Virus record (IMG/VR): IMGVR_UViG_3300032074_000011
Span: 1 to 42,477 of that record
DNA: 42,477 nucleotides
Direction: 5' to 3' (one strand)
Source: a virus
Taxonomy: Duplodnaviria; Caudoviricetes
The notes under the pieces were generated by a model, which had not been told where the DNA came from, searched no databases, and worked only from the letters and a program-made list of their open reading frames with translations. A program made the position numbers and the translations under genes. Below, piece after piece: positions 1-9,092 of the stretch. The first letter of the stretch is position 1; each line of letters begins with the position of its first letter.

Positions 1-19
1 CGGTGGTCGCCGTATCATT
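1..19. other. Illumina P5 adapter remnant (artefact)
   Basis: CGGTGGTCGCCGTATCATT is the reverse complement of the first 19 nt of P5 (AATGATACGGCGACCACCG). It replaces the sequence that precedes the second repeat copy at 42352. Confidence 0.95.
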
Positions 20-145
20 AGCTGTTTAAAGTGGCTTGCTCCGCTGCTAAGTCTCCAGGAGTAAGGGTGCCGGTGTACGGTGCTGCAGCTTGTGCGGAGC
101 TGCAGCCGGTTAAGCCTGGCAGCAACAGCATGCACACAATAACAA
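20..145 (+). repeat. 126-bp terminal direct repeat, copy 1 (assembly overlap)
   Basis: Identical to 42352-42477. Confidence 0.95.
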
Positions 146-506
146 TGGTGGTGGTATTATCCGGTCCAAGGGATCCGGTGGAAAAGTATTTGCCTAAAAA
201 CTTTTTTAAAAACAGCTCATAAAGGCTTGTTGCCGTAACAAAGGAAAAGAAACAGTTAAGCGGTAAGTCTTTGGTGTATTTGCCGGCCATGGCAATCAAC
301 AAAGCATAAACAAGGGTAAAAATGGTGCTTACTATTAAAGTTTTCCAGGCTCCGTTTAAATTGATAGTCTCTCCGAAGGATCCTGCGGGCAGGTATTTCT
401 TTTGAAATAAGCCAGCCAGTAAAACCAATACAATTACAATTGGATCAAGAGGCAATTGATCAAATGAGATATTCATTGAATTATTTTTTATTGTTTCTAA
501 AATCAT
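20..506 (-). CDS. Holin-like multi-TM membrane protein, 5' part (continues across the junction to 42233)
   Basis: Several hydrophobic segments; lies directly upstream of the lysozyme on the circle. The stop at 18 is created by the adapter. Confidence 0.6.
165..182. repeat. Degenerate copy of 18-bp palindromic element
   Basis: TCCAAGGGATCCGGTGGA; two mismatches to the reverse complement of the 35081 copy. Confidence 0.45.
372..389. repeat. 18-bp palindromic element (in frame, PAGSFG)
   Basis: TCCGAAGGATCCTGCGGG. Confidence 0.85.
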
Positions 507-693
507 TAAACACTTTAAACAGGTTATAACCTACGGTTGAAACTGCAGCCAGGGCAGTAAGCATGGAGGTAATGGTTTGCACCAATAAAGGGAGCTGAGG
601 ACCTGCATTGAGTATGATTGTTAAGAGGCAAAAGCTCAGGCTCTTAAGATCAAATAAGCCTTGATCATTTACAAGGGACGGTTGAGGGTTCAT
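481..693 (-). CDS. Small membrane protein, putative holin
   Basis: 70 aa, two hydrophobic stretches, basic C-terminus (FRNNKK), in lysis cluster. Confidence 0.55.
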   Translation of the reverse strand: MNPQPSLVNDQGLFDLKSLSFCLLTIILNAGPQLPLLVQTITSMLTALAAVSTVGYNLFKVFNDFRNNKK

Positions 694-1676
694 AAAATAA
701 ATACTTTGGGGTTGTTTGTTTGAGGGTGGTGGCTGCAGCGGTCCCGGAGATCTGTTGCCGGATCTTGAGCCACTGGAGGGGTATATAAAACAGAGTTGAA
801 ATAAGCCGGGAAAACATCAGCACTGGCTTTGCTGTCCAATAGTTGCTTGAGCTGTATTAGGTAGCTGTTGCCGGATCTCTCACAGCTTGCATGTGTTAAG
901 CTCATTAAGCTTGTGGGGGCTTGTGCCTCAGAGCCATTTGGCTTGTCGGCACTATCAGCCAGGAGCACTGTAAAGCCATAAGCGGAGATCTTAACAGGCA
1001 ATATCTCTATTGCTGTTTTTATAGTGAGCTGAGCCAGGGCTTTTTTGATCAGTGCAACCGCTCCTTTTTCTGCAGGTGCCGGAGCTGTATTGGTAAGTAA
1101 TGCCTGGTAAAGATCTTCTCCAATTGTCGCAATTATATACTGATCCTCCACTTGCTTTACTACAGGGCGCAAAAGCTCAAAAGTGCGGTAAGGCTGATAA
1201 ATATTAAAGTAGGTGGCAAAATCTTTCCCGGTAACAAAAAAGCTTTGGTAAGCCTGGAGCAATTGCCAATTAAACTCAGTGCTATTTTGGTGCAAGAGCT
1301 CAAGCATCTCCTCCAGGGCTTCACAGCCTTTATTTTCAAGCATCTCCTGCACTTCTTTAAATTCCCATCTGTGCGCTGCCTGCCGGTTGCCATTGCTCAG
1401 AGAAGATAAGCCGCCATCACCAATTTGCACTTGGATTGTGGGTAGATCCAGCATGTATGCAAGATGAGCCTCAGCCCTTTGAGCTATGCTTAAAAGCTCA
1501 TTATACTTTGGATCAAGCGGAGATTGTTGTAAGGTGCTGAGCAATTCAGCTCCTATAATGGGTAAAATAAATCTCCTCTCTGCAGCTTTCATATCTGCAA
1601 GCGTATTCATGTTATTAGTAAACATGATCTTTAAGCCTGCATCTTTTACGTGTTGTAAAGTGGTAACTAATGGCAT
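690..1676 (-). CDS. Conserved phage structural protein (DUF6712-like; putative head-tail adaptor)
   Basis: Two internal half-repeats (AERRFILPIIGAEL / VEDQYIIATIGEDL); follows the portal. Family assignment is from recall. Confidence 0.6.
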   Translation of the reverse strand: MPLVTTLQHVKDAGLKIMFTNNMNTLADMKAAERRFILPIIGAELLSTLQQSPLDPKYNELLSIAQRAEAHLAYMLDLPTIQVQIGDGGLSSLSNGNRQAAHRWEFKEVQEMLENKGCEALEEMLELLHQNSTEFNWQLLQAYQSFFVTGKDFATYFNIYQPYRTFELLRPVVKQVEDQYIIATIGEDLYQALLTNTAPAPAEKGAVALIKKALAQLTIKTAIEILPVKISAYGFTVLLADSADKPNGSEAQAPTSLMSLTHASCERSGNSYLIQLKQLLDSKASADVFPAYFNSVLYTPPVAQDPATDLRDRCSHHPQTNNPKVFIL

Positions 1677-1679
1677 AAA

Positions 1680-3086
1680 TTATAGGGTTGTAGGGGCTGT
1701 ACTTTTGCCGGTGTCTAATGTGGTTAATATGGAGCTTGAGTAACGGAAAACAAGCCGGGGTGTAATGAGCTTGGAGCTCAGAGCCGCTGTATTGCTGCCG
1801 GCTGTATTGGTAACTGCAAAAGCTTGCCTCTTTACCTCCAGCCGCTTGCTCCAGCCGTTAAACTTCTTTACAATATCCAAGGTGCGGAGGTTGCTCATTC
1901 GCTCCGGGTGCAACAACATCATTAATACAAGCGTTGCCTCCCTTATATCAGAGCCGGAGCCGGCTCCTCCGCTTGCTCCATCTCCAAGCAAATTGCCTCC
2001 CCAAATAGCCGGGTTGAACATCATTGAAAATAATATTTGCTTATCTGCAGCCGCACTGTCAGGCAACATTTTTCCATCTTTAAGCTTGTCATCAATTACC
2101 TCAATATCTATATCATTGATCATCTGCTTTGTAAAAGGATCCATGTATTTCCCGGAGATAATTGTTTTGCCAGCGTTTTGCTCTCCAGTTAAAAAGGTGC
2201 TTATTTCATCGTATTTCTGAGCCATAAAAGCAAGCTTTTGCTGAGGAGTGTAAGCCGGGCTTTTCCATTCCGGGTTTATTCTTTCCCAATAGGTAGGAGC
2301 AATGTTGATCAAATACTTTATGTGCATTTGGTTTACATTCATCGCATTTTTGAGGGTAGGTATAGAGCGTGAAATTTTTACCCAAGCCTTAGCTGATCTG
2401 TGAGCCGGTGTAGGGTAGTAAAGCCTCCCATTTTCCAAAAGCCGGTGTAATATTCCAAACTCTCCAACCGGGCTCTCCTTAAGATCCTGGAGCTCATAAG
2501 TCTCCCGGAGGAGAGGGATCTTTTTTATTTTATCATTATCAAAAGCAGAGGGTGCATTTTGCCAATCTCCGCACAAATACATACTTGGTATAAAGCCGCT
2601 TTTATCCATTTTCTCCAGCCTGGCTGTTGCCACATCGGTTGCCTTTATGCGGTTGATCTTATCAAGCCCTTTGTTAAGTACCATTTGTGTTGCGCTCCAG
2701 CCATAGCCAACCTGGTTCCTGATATTGTTATAAGAGTAAAGGAAGTGTTGGTTATCTTCTAACCAATCGTTTACCTCCGGATCATCTACCCACTCCAGCT
2801 CCTCTGTACCATCAGCTTTTTTGTTAGTTAATAAAAAAGCATCCAATCCTTTGCCTACAGCCAGCCGGGCTGTTGCTTTTACGGCTGCAGATAATACAGG
2901 AGTGTTTTGTATATCATCTGCAATCTCATGCGGCTCTGTATTATTGTTGCCCCAATAAGCCCAGGGTGCAGAGCTGGAGTAAATCTTTGGCTCCGGGGTG
3001 CCGGTTAATGTTTTGCCATCGGTATAAAATGCAGCCTTTGCGCCTACATGATAACCAATGCCATCTTTGATAATTGTTGAGCTCAC
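1680..3086 (-). CDS. Portal protein
   Basis: 468 aa; WGxNNxxP, YYPxP and GSGSDIREA motifs typical of Bacteroidota prophage portals. Confidence 0.75.
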   Translation of the reverse strand: MSSTIIKDGIGYHVGAKAAFYTDGKTLTGTPEPKIYSSSAPWAYWGNNNTEPHEIADDIQNTPVLSAAVKATARLAVGKGLDAFLLTNKKADGTEELEWVDDPEVNDWLEDNQHFLYSYNNIRNQVGYGWSATQMVLNKGLDKINRIKATDVATARLEKMDKSGFIPSMYLCGDWQNAPSAFDNDKIKKIPLLRETYELQDLKESPVGEFGILHRLLENGRLYYPTPAHRSAKAWVKISRSIPTLKNAMNVNQMHIKYLINIAPTYWERINPEWKSPAYTPQQKLAFMAQKYDEISTFLTGEQNAGKTIISGKYMDPFTKQMINDIDIEVIDDKLKDGKMLPDSAAADKQILFSMMFNPAIWGGNLLGDGASGGAGSGSDIREATLVLMMLLHPERMSNLRTLDIVKKFNGWSKRLEVKRQAFAVTNTAGSNTAALSSKLITPRLVFRYSSSILTTLDTGKSTAPTTL

Positions 3087-3398
3087 TTAAATAACGGTTT
3101 TAGAGTTGAAAAGAATAATAAGCCGGAGGTGTATTTTCACGATCTCTCCGGAGGGTATCACAACAATATTTCTTGTTGAGTTTTCAAAGTGCTTTGGATC
3201 TCTCCTTGCTTTGTTGGGTGTATGTGCCTCTGCATATTGCTCAGCCTTTGTTTTGGCTTTATACTTTTTACACTGAGGAAACTCCAGCCACTCGCCTCCG
3301 GTCCCTTTTTTTACATTACAGGTCCTAAAGCCGATTGAAAAAGGCTCTCCGCTATCCATAGCGGTTAAAACTTCAGCAAGAGAGATTGTATTTAACAC
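3087..3398 (-). CDS. Conserved phage protein preceding portal
   Basis: PFSIxFxT...GGE and P-H-N-TRNI motifs. Start re-placed at GTG 3398, just downstream of a late promoter. Confidence 0.65.
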   Translation of the reverse strand: MLNTISLAEVLTAMDSGEPFSIGFRTCNVKKGTGGEWLEFPQCKKYKAKTKAEQYAEAHTPNKARRDPKHFENSTRNIVVIPSGEIVKIHLRLIILFNSKTVI

Positions 3399-3403
3399 AG
3401 TAA

Positions 3404-3440
3404 CAAAAGTGCCGGAGCCGGATCTTTTTAGAAAGGACAA
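3404..3440 (-). promoter_or_regulatory. Late promoter 1 (TGTCCTTT-N24-TTTG)
   Basis: Same motif and spacing as four other sites; 5 nt upstream of GTG. Confidence 0.8.
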
Positions 3441-3471
3441 TAAGCCAGGAGGGGTGCACAAGTCCGGACAT

Positions 3472-3502
3472 AAAAAAAGCCTGGGCAATGATCCCAGGCT
3501 TT
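3472..3502 (-). terminator. Intrinsic terminator after tape measure gene
   Basis: AAGCCTGGG/CCCAGGCTT stem followed by a T run on the minus strand. Confidence 0.75.
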
Positions 3503-3546
3503 AAACAATAAAAGCCTCTACAATTGAAATGAGGGGCAAAAATATA

Positions 3547-6500
3547 CTATTGAAAGGTTGCCTCCTGTAAGATCCTTGCTTTTGTGTTTTGTGCATCCTC
3601 AATTCTTTTAAGAGGGACCTCCGCTTTGATCCCTTGGCTGAGCTGATCAGTTAAGGCAGTAACGGTGCTCACTAACATTTGATTTGATTGTAAGAGCTGT
3701 GCATTTACTTCTTTACTCTCCTTTACTGCATTGATAAGCTCCGGATCTTGTGCAGCCTGGGTGCCGGCTCCTCCAGTTACCAAACCTCCGGTGGCATAAT
3801 GCCTGGCAGCATTAATGCTGCTTGTGGCTGCAGCAAAGTTTATTGCCTGGTAAGATCTTGATTGATAAGCCGGCTTTACAATTCCTCCTCCGGCAAAGCC
3901 TGGCACTCCTAAAGCTCTAAAAAATGCAGGTCCTCCAGCTTTGTTTTGTTGCTCTTCATTTAAAACAACCTCTCCGGTGCGAATAGTGGCAAGCACATTA
4001 TCTCCATTTGCTTGAGCCGGTATATTAGGACCTGTAACAACTTTACCATTTGGATTGAGCTCCACTTTGCCTCCGGTTGCATACTGTTGCCCTTGTATGG
4101 CTGCAACCTTAGCCATTCCAAGAGCCACATCAAAGCCAATCGCTGCCATACTTAAAAAGTTTGGTGGTATAGGGGCTCCATAATTGCTAAGGTCAGTATT
4201 TACAGCTTTGGCAATATCAATGAGGGCTTGAGCTGTATCTTGTTTCTTTTTGCGGTTAAACTGTTTGCGCTCCAGGTCCTCTTTTTTCTTGTCGCTGTCA
4301 GCATCAAGCTTGGCAACCTCAATATTGTATTGTTGCTGGCTTATGGTCCTTTGTTTAAGCTGCCTGTCAAGTGCCTGCTTTCTTTTGTCGTTTGCCTTAA
4401 GCTCATTATCAAGAGCTTTTTGCTCTATCTTGTTTTTATTGTCGTTAAACTGAGCAATAACAGATAAAGCAGAGCTGAAATAATCCAGGGCAAAGCCTGC
4501 AAGCTTAGTATAATGATCAAGCTCGGTTTGCTCTTTTTGCTGCCGGTATTTGTCCTCAATACCTTTTTTAAGATCCTCAAACTCAGTGGTATATTGTACA
4601 CCATCAGCTTTTGCTTTATCCTCCTTTTGCTTGAGAGCTGCCAGCTCTTGCTTTTCCTGTTCATCAAGCAAAGCTTTTTGAGCTGTAAGCTGTGCTTTGG
4701 ATCCTGGAGCTGCATTGTTAACGGCTCTTTGTGCTCTTGATACTGCAGCCTCCGCTTGTAATTGAGCAAGTAATTGCTCATTAGCCAGCTTTTGCTTATT
4801 GGCAGCGATTAGATCCGCTACCTCTTTTTGCAGCTCCTCTTTTTTAAACTTGGTTACATCTGCAGCCGCTTTCTCAACATTTGCACTATAATCTTGAGCC
4901 GTTTGGATCTGCGCTTGCTTGCTGGCAATATCAATGGCTCTTAAGTTAGCCTCATACTCTGCCTGGTTTGTCTCTCCATTAACAAAGTGCTCAGCCTCTT
5001 GCTTTTTTAAGCCCTCAAAATAATTCGCACTATCCCCAAGAGCTTGATCATACTCTTTTGAGGTATTGCTTTTAAATTCTTTTTGGCTTGCCTCTGTACG
5101 CTTCTTTATTTCCTGGTCAATCAAAAAAGCAATGGCTGCATTTTTATCTTTCTCCAGGTTGATCATTTTTGCCAAGGCAGCTCCGGTGCCGGCTGTAAGC
5201 TCTGCATATTTATGCTGTAGCCTGGCAATCTCGCTCTGATCACTGGCTTTGCCTATTTGCTGGAGCTCAAATTGAAATTCCTTTAATTTCTGCAAAAGCT
5301 GATCTCTTTTTTTCTCCTCCTCAGCCTCCGCTTTTAAATTAACAGTGGTGCCGGTATCATTGCCAGGAGTGCCGGTGGATCCTCCTCCTTTTATTTGGTT
5401 TATTTCAGCCTGCAGGTCATTATAAGCCTTAGTCCCTTCTTTTAGCTTAGTAAGCATATCCTCCAGTGTTTTCAATACTGCAGCTTTGCTTTGTACTGCA
5501 TTTATTTGCTCCTCCAGGCTGGCTCCATCAAGCCGCTTTACTTCAGCTTGATAGCCCATTTGATCAGAGAGTAATTGCTTAAATTTCTCCTTGGCCGCTG
5601 TTACTTCATCAGCGGTGGCCTGCCTGGAAACAATAGGAGCTCCAAATTGAGTTGTATCAATTTCATTAATGGTATAGGATCCGGTTTTTATTATTTGCTC
5701 CATGATCCGCTTTTGCTCAGCCAATTGCTCATTTGTTTTTTTAAGAGCCTCTGTATTTTCATTGATTGCACCTTTATTAACTACTTTCAGCCGGGCTGTC
5801 TCTGTATTAATAAAGTCTCTTACTCTATCTGTACTGATAGCAATTGCATTTCCATAAGCATCAAATTGCGTAACTGCTCCAGGTATGGCTTGTGTTATTT
5901 GAGATATTATGCTTTTCATCTCCGCTTGTTCATCACTGGAGAGCTTTGTTTTGCTTTTTAATTCATCATATCTGTTTGCAAGCGGTAACATATTAGTATG
6001 AAGCTGTACCACTTTTCCTGTCAGGTCATCAAAATTTTGCGTGGCTGTTTTGGTAGGCTCCACAAGAGCTGTCATGCCGTTTACCAGGTTTTTTAAAAAG
6101 CTGTTGTCTCCGTTTAAAAAATTAGCGGAGAGCACATTTTTAAACTTTTCCCAGGCATTGCTTAAAGTGTTGGTGTTTACGGCTGCTTGCTGTTGTGCAA
6201 CTCCTTGCTCCTTTATTTGCTGAGTTAACTCCGTATATCTTGGCAAGCCTTGCAAGAGGATCTGTGCAGCGTTAAAGTTTTCTTTACCGAAAACCTGCAC
6301 CAAAGCGGTTGCATTGTTTTGGATCTTGCTCAGCTCCTTTAAACGGTCCTCCAGGCTTAAGCTCTTATCTTTTAAAACATCGGTATTGATACCGGCTTGT
6401 TTAAGAGCCTCCAGGGCTGTTTTGGGTAAGGCATCAACAGCATTAAGAGCAAGGAAAACATTTCTCAATTGAGTGCCTGCCTCAGCTCCTTTTATACCTT

Positions 6501-7452
6501 TCTCAGCCATCAGCTCAATTGCTGCTGAGCTCTCATAAATATCAATATTTGAGCTCTTTGCCTGGGCTCCAAATTTTAGCAGAGCCTCTGTAACCTCCGG
6601 CACCTCTGCAGCTCCATACTTGGCGGCTGCTGCCAGTGCATCAACATACTTTTGAGCATCTTGAGCCGGTGCACCAAATTGGTTTAAAGCATCAGTAAGC
6701 CGGGTGGCTGCATCCGGTAACTCCAGCCCGGCTGCATCACTCAACAGCTTTGCTGCTTTGGTAACTGCAACCAAGCTCTCCTTTTGCTCCAACAGCTCCG
6801 GCTTGGCACTGGCAATCAGTTTAAATGCCTCCACATAATCAACAGCACTTTGCTTGCCTTGCTTGGAGAGATCAATTGCAGCCTCTTTTAAAAAGCCAAG
6901 ATCCTTGCCGGTGGCTCCGGTAATGGATGAAAGGTTTGCAAGAGAGTTTTCAAATTGCGTATTCATTTTAAAAACACTGGCAAGCCCATCTTTTATAGCA
7001 GAGAGGGCTTGCATTGCCAATTGAGCTCCCAGGTTAGCCACAAAAGCTCCGGCTTTGCCAAGCATGCCTGTTTGAGCCGTTTCCACTCCTTCAATGCCGG
7101 TCCTCATGCGGTCCAGCTCCGCGGTTGCATTTCTAAACTGAGCAATTTTATCTTTAAAGCCTGGCATATCCTCACTCATTCTGCCAAGCTCATTGCGGAG
7201 CTGCCTCACAAGCGTTGTTTGTTGCTGTAAGGAGGGGCGCAAACCTGAATTAATTGCAGTGGTTACTTGATCAATTTGGCTCTGTGTTCTGCCAAGCTCT
7301 GCCATGGCAGCGGTCATATTTCTGCCGGCTGCCTGCCCTTGGTTTATTGATTGCGTTAACCTGTCGGCTTTTTGCTGCAGCTTTACAAGTGCCAGCTCTG
7401 CAGCCGCTTGATCAATGTAAATTGATACGGTCCTATTACTTACATCAGCCAT
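3547..7452 (-). CDS. Tail tape measure protein (TP901-like core)
   Basis: 1301 aa, Ala/Lys/Gln-rich helical; LSSITGATG and GIKGAEAGTQLRN core; YATGG and GEVVLN C-terminal motifs. Confidence 0.92.
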   Translation of the reverse strand: MADVSNRTVSIYIDQAAAELALVKLQQKADRLTQSINQGQAAGRNMTAAMAELGRTQSQIDQVTTAINSGLRPSLQQQTTLVRQLRNELGRMSEDMPGFKDKIAQFRNATAELDRMRTGIEGVETAQTGMLGKAGAFVANLGAQLAMQALSAIKDGLASVFKMNTQFENSLANLSSITGATGKDLGFLKEAAIDLSKQGKQSAVDYVEAFKLIASAKPELLEQKESLVAVTKAAKLLSDAAGLELPDAATRLTDALNQFGAPAQDAQKYVDALAAAAKYGAAEVPEVTEALLKFGAQAKSSNIDIYESSAAIELMAEKGIKGAEAGTQLRNVFLALNAVDALPKTALEALKQAGINTDVLKDKSLSLEDRLKELSKIQNNATALVQVFGKENFNAAQILLQGLPRYTELTQQIKEQGVAQQQAAVNTNTLSNAWEKFKNVLSANFLNGDNSFLKNLVNGMTALVEPTKTATQNFDDLTGKVVQLHTNMLPLANRYDELKSKTKLSSDEQAEMKSIISQITQAIPGAVTQFDAYGNAIAISTDRVRDFINTETARLKVVNKGAINENTEALKKTNEQLAEQKRIMEQIIKTGSYTINEIDTTQFGAPIVSRQATADEVTAAKEKFKQLLSDQMGYQAEVKRLDGASLEEQINAVQSKAAVLKTLEDMLTKLKEGTKAYNDLQAEINQIKGGGSTGTPGNDTGTTVNLKAEAEEEKKRDQLLQKLKEFQFELQQIGKASDQSEIARLQHKYAELTAGTGAALAKMINLEKDKNAAIAFLIDQEIKKRTEASQKEFKSNTSKEYDQALGDSANYFEGLKKQEAEHFVNGETNQAEYEANLRAIDIASKQAQIQTAQDYSANVEKAAADVTKFKKEELQKEVADLIAANKQKLANEQLLAQLQAEAAVSRAQRAVNNAAPGSKAQLTAQKALLDEQEKQELAALKQKEDKAKADGVQYTTEFEDLKKGIEDKYRQQKEQTELDHYTKLAGFALDYFSSALSVIAQFNDNKNKIEQKALDNELKANDKRKQALDRQLKQRTISQQQYNIEVAKLDADSDKKKEDLERKQFNRKKKQDTAQALIDIAKAVNTDLSNYGAPIPPNFLSMAAIGFDVALGMAKVAAIQGQQYATGGKVELNPNGKVVTGPNIPAQANGDNVLATIRTGEVVLNEEQQNKAGGPAFFRALGVPGFAGGGIVKPAYQSRSYQAINFAAATSSINAARHYATGGLVTGGAGTQAAQDPELINAVKESKEVNAQLLQSNQMLVSTVTALTDQLSQGIKAEVPLKRIEDAQNTKARILQEATFQ

Positions 7453-7457
7453 AAAAA

Positions 7458-7835
7458 TTATTTGATTTTTAAAGAGTTTACAACAAGAGTACTGCAGCCC
7501 TCAGCCACTATCTCAGCCAGCTTGTCTGTGTTTTTATTTACTATAGGGTTAAACCATTCTTTTGCTTGCCGGGGGTTGCTTTTGGGGTGGCTCTTACTTA
7601 CTCCTTTATGTACAAATACAGCACTCCTGGGCATCTTGTAAGAGATCTTATTTACTAAGCCTCCCTTTTCAACAACTCTGCTTTTTAAAGCTTGCTGTAA
7701 AGGCTGAGGGCTCCTTGAGTATGGGTAGTGTTTTATATTGAGCTGATTCATCTCATTAACAAGCTCTTGCTTGTTGTCCTTATCCCAGGCTCTTATTTTA
7801 TCATTCAGTGCATCAGCTTCGCTTTGGTCAAACAT
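7458..7835 (-). CDS. Putative tail completion/neck protein
   Basis: 125 aa basic; VFVHKGV and RQAKEWFNP motifs; directly upstream of the tape measure gene. Confidence 0.55.
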   Translation of the reverse strand: MFDQSEADALNDKIRAWDKDNKQELVNEMNQLNIKHYPYSRSPQPLQQALKSRVVEKGGLVNKISYKMPRSAVFVHKGVSKSHPKSNPRQAKEWFNPIVNKNTDKLAEIVAEGCSTLVVNSLKIK

Positions 7836-8043
7836 GGAGTAAGGGTTGTTTAAATTGGATCACAGGGAAAAAGCTTTGTGCATAGGTATAGCCAATAAAC
7901 TCATATTGATTAAACTCAGTTACAGGCACATGAATAAGCCGGTATTTGTCATCAAGTAAATAAGCATAAAGCCGCTGCGGCTTGCAGCCTGTTAAGTGCT
8001 GCAAGTAATTTACTTCTTTAAAGAGCTGCTCATAAGACAACAT
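7828..8043 (-). CDS. Hypothetical protein
   Basis: Likely start ATG 8043 (MLSYEQ), after the terminator hairpin; overlaps the next gene. Confidence 0.45.
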   Translation of the reverse strand: MLSYEQLFKEVNYLQHLTGCKPQRLYAYLLDDKYRLIHVPVTEFNQYEFIGYTYAQSFFPVIQFKQPLLHV

Positions 8044-8062
8044 AAGATGAGGGTATTGGATT

Positions 8063-8102
8063 AAAAAAAGGTCCCTCCGCATTTCCAGCGGTGAGGGACC
8101 TT
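8063..8102 (-). terminator. Intrinsic terminator after major tail gene
   Basis: AGGTCCCTC...GAGGGACCT stem followed by T7. Confidence 0.7.
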
Positions 8103-8132
8103 GTATGTATGCTAAGGGGCTATCCTTGTACT

Positions 8133-8669
8133 TTACCTCTTGGTAACAGTACCGTTGTAAAAATATTTGCACATTGCATCAAGTGTCAGCTCATAGCCTT
8201 TTGCATTGGATCCCTTCAAAGTGCCGGAGGCAAAAGAGCCCTTTGCAACTTCAACCGGAGAGCAATCACAGCCAAACTGAATATATTGAGCATGTCCACA
8301 GCCATCCTGTACAAACAAAACAAGCTGCTCATTTAAAAGGTTGTTGATCATTTCCAATACTGTTGGTCCATCACCTTTGATAAAGATCTTGGGTGCATAG
8401 GAAAAACGCAAAGAGCCAGCGGCTCCGGTTGTTTCGCCTGTAACCTCTAAAGTTTTATTATCAACTAAAACCTCAATAGGTCCTTTGCTTGCTGCCCAGG
8501 TGTGGCTTGTGCCGATTGTGTACGCTTCACCAAGAGCCGGAGTGCCATCAGTGGCAGGCTCATTTAAAGTGGTAAAGTCAGAAATTAAGCTAATGAAAGC
8601 TTTTGTATATCCGGGATCTTTAAGGGGTGCGTCTGCACTCACCATACTTTTATAAAGTCCAGTATTCAT
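8133..8669 (-). CDS. Putative major tail tube protein
   Basis: 178 aa, Gly/Thr-rich beta-type sequence ending FYNG; lies between capsid and tape measure and is followed by a terminator. Confidence 0.65.
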   Translation of the reverse strand: MNTGLYKSMVSADAPLKDPGYTKAFISLISDFTTLNEPATDGTPALGEAYTIGTSHTWAASKGPIEVLVDNKTLEVTGETTGAAGSLRFSYAPKIFIKGDGPTVLEMINNLLNEQLVLFVQDGCGHAQYIQFGCDCSPVEVAKGSFASGTLKGSNAKGYELTLDAMCKYFYNGTVTKR

Positions 8670-8703
8670 TTGATATTTGGATTTAAAACGGGGGTTGAAA
8701 AAA

Positions 8704-9027
8704 TTATTTTGCTTTGATCATACCGCTGCCAGCCTCAACAAGCTGCTTTTGCAAGCTTGGATCCTGTAAAACATCAGTATGAGTAATGGCTTTGCCCAGG
8801 AAAAATGCCTTGTGAAAGTGAAAGCCAAATAGTTGCCCTTCAATCTCAAAAGCTGCATCACTGTTGCCGGTGTCAGCTTTGGTGCTTAAGCTCTCAATTT
8901 CTTTGGTAAGCTCTGCATTAATGGCTTGAGTGCTCTCCAGCTCTGCTTTGGTAGCTGCCAGCTCTGTTGCCAGGCTTGCACAATTGCTGCAGGTGGTTTG
9001 CTCCTGGTTTGCGTTTACTACTTCCAT
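8704..9027 (-). CDS. Hypothetical capsid-adjacent protein
   Basis: N-terminal coiled coil; LVEAGSGMIK C-terminus. Confidence 0.6.
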   Translation of the reverse strand: MEVVNANQEQTTCSNCASLATELAATKAELESTQAINAELTKEIESLSTKADTGNSDAAFEIEGQLFGFHFHKAFFLGKAITHTDVLQDPSLQKQLVEAGSGMIKAK

Positions 9028-9092
9028 TGTTTAAGTAAGGCTGCAGCACTTAAAGAGATACTGCAGCCGGGTTAAGGGGTTATAAATTGAGC

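Noticed and set aside
18-20. Stop codon ending ORF 18-506
   Set aside because: Created by the adapter; the gene continues at the other end of the contig.
20-145. Biological terminal repeat (T7-like DTR) or attL/attR
   Set aside because: Falls mid-gene and its length matches an assembler overlap; the att core lies elsewhere.
3399-3488. N-terminal extensions of ORF-track calls (also 11474, 20915, 21753, 25762, 34246, 34730)
   Set aside because: They overlap promoters, terminators or upstream genes; downstream starts fit the coupling better.
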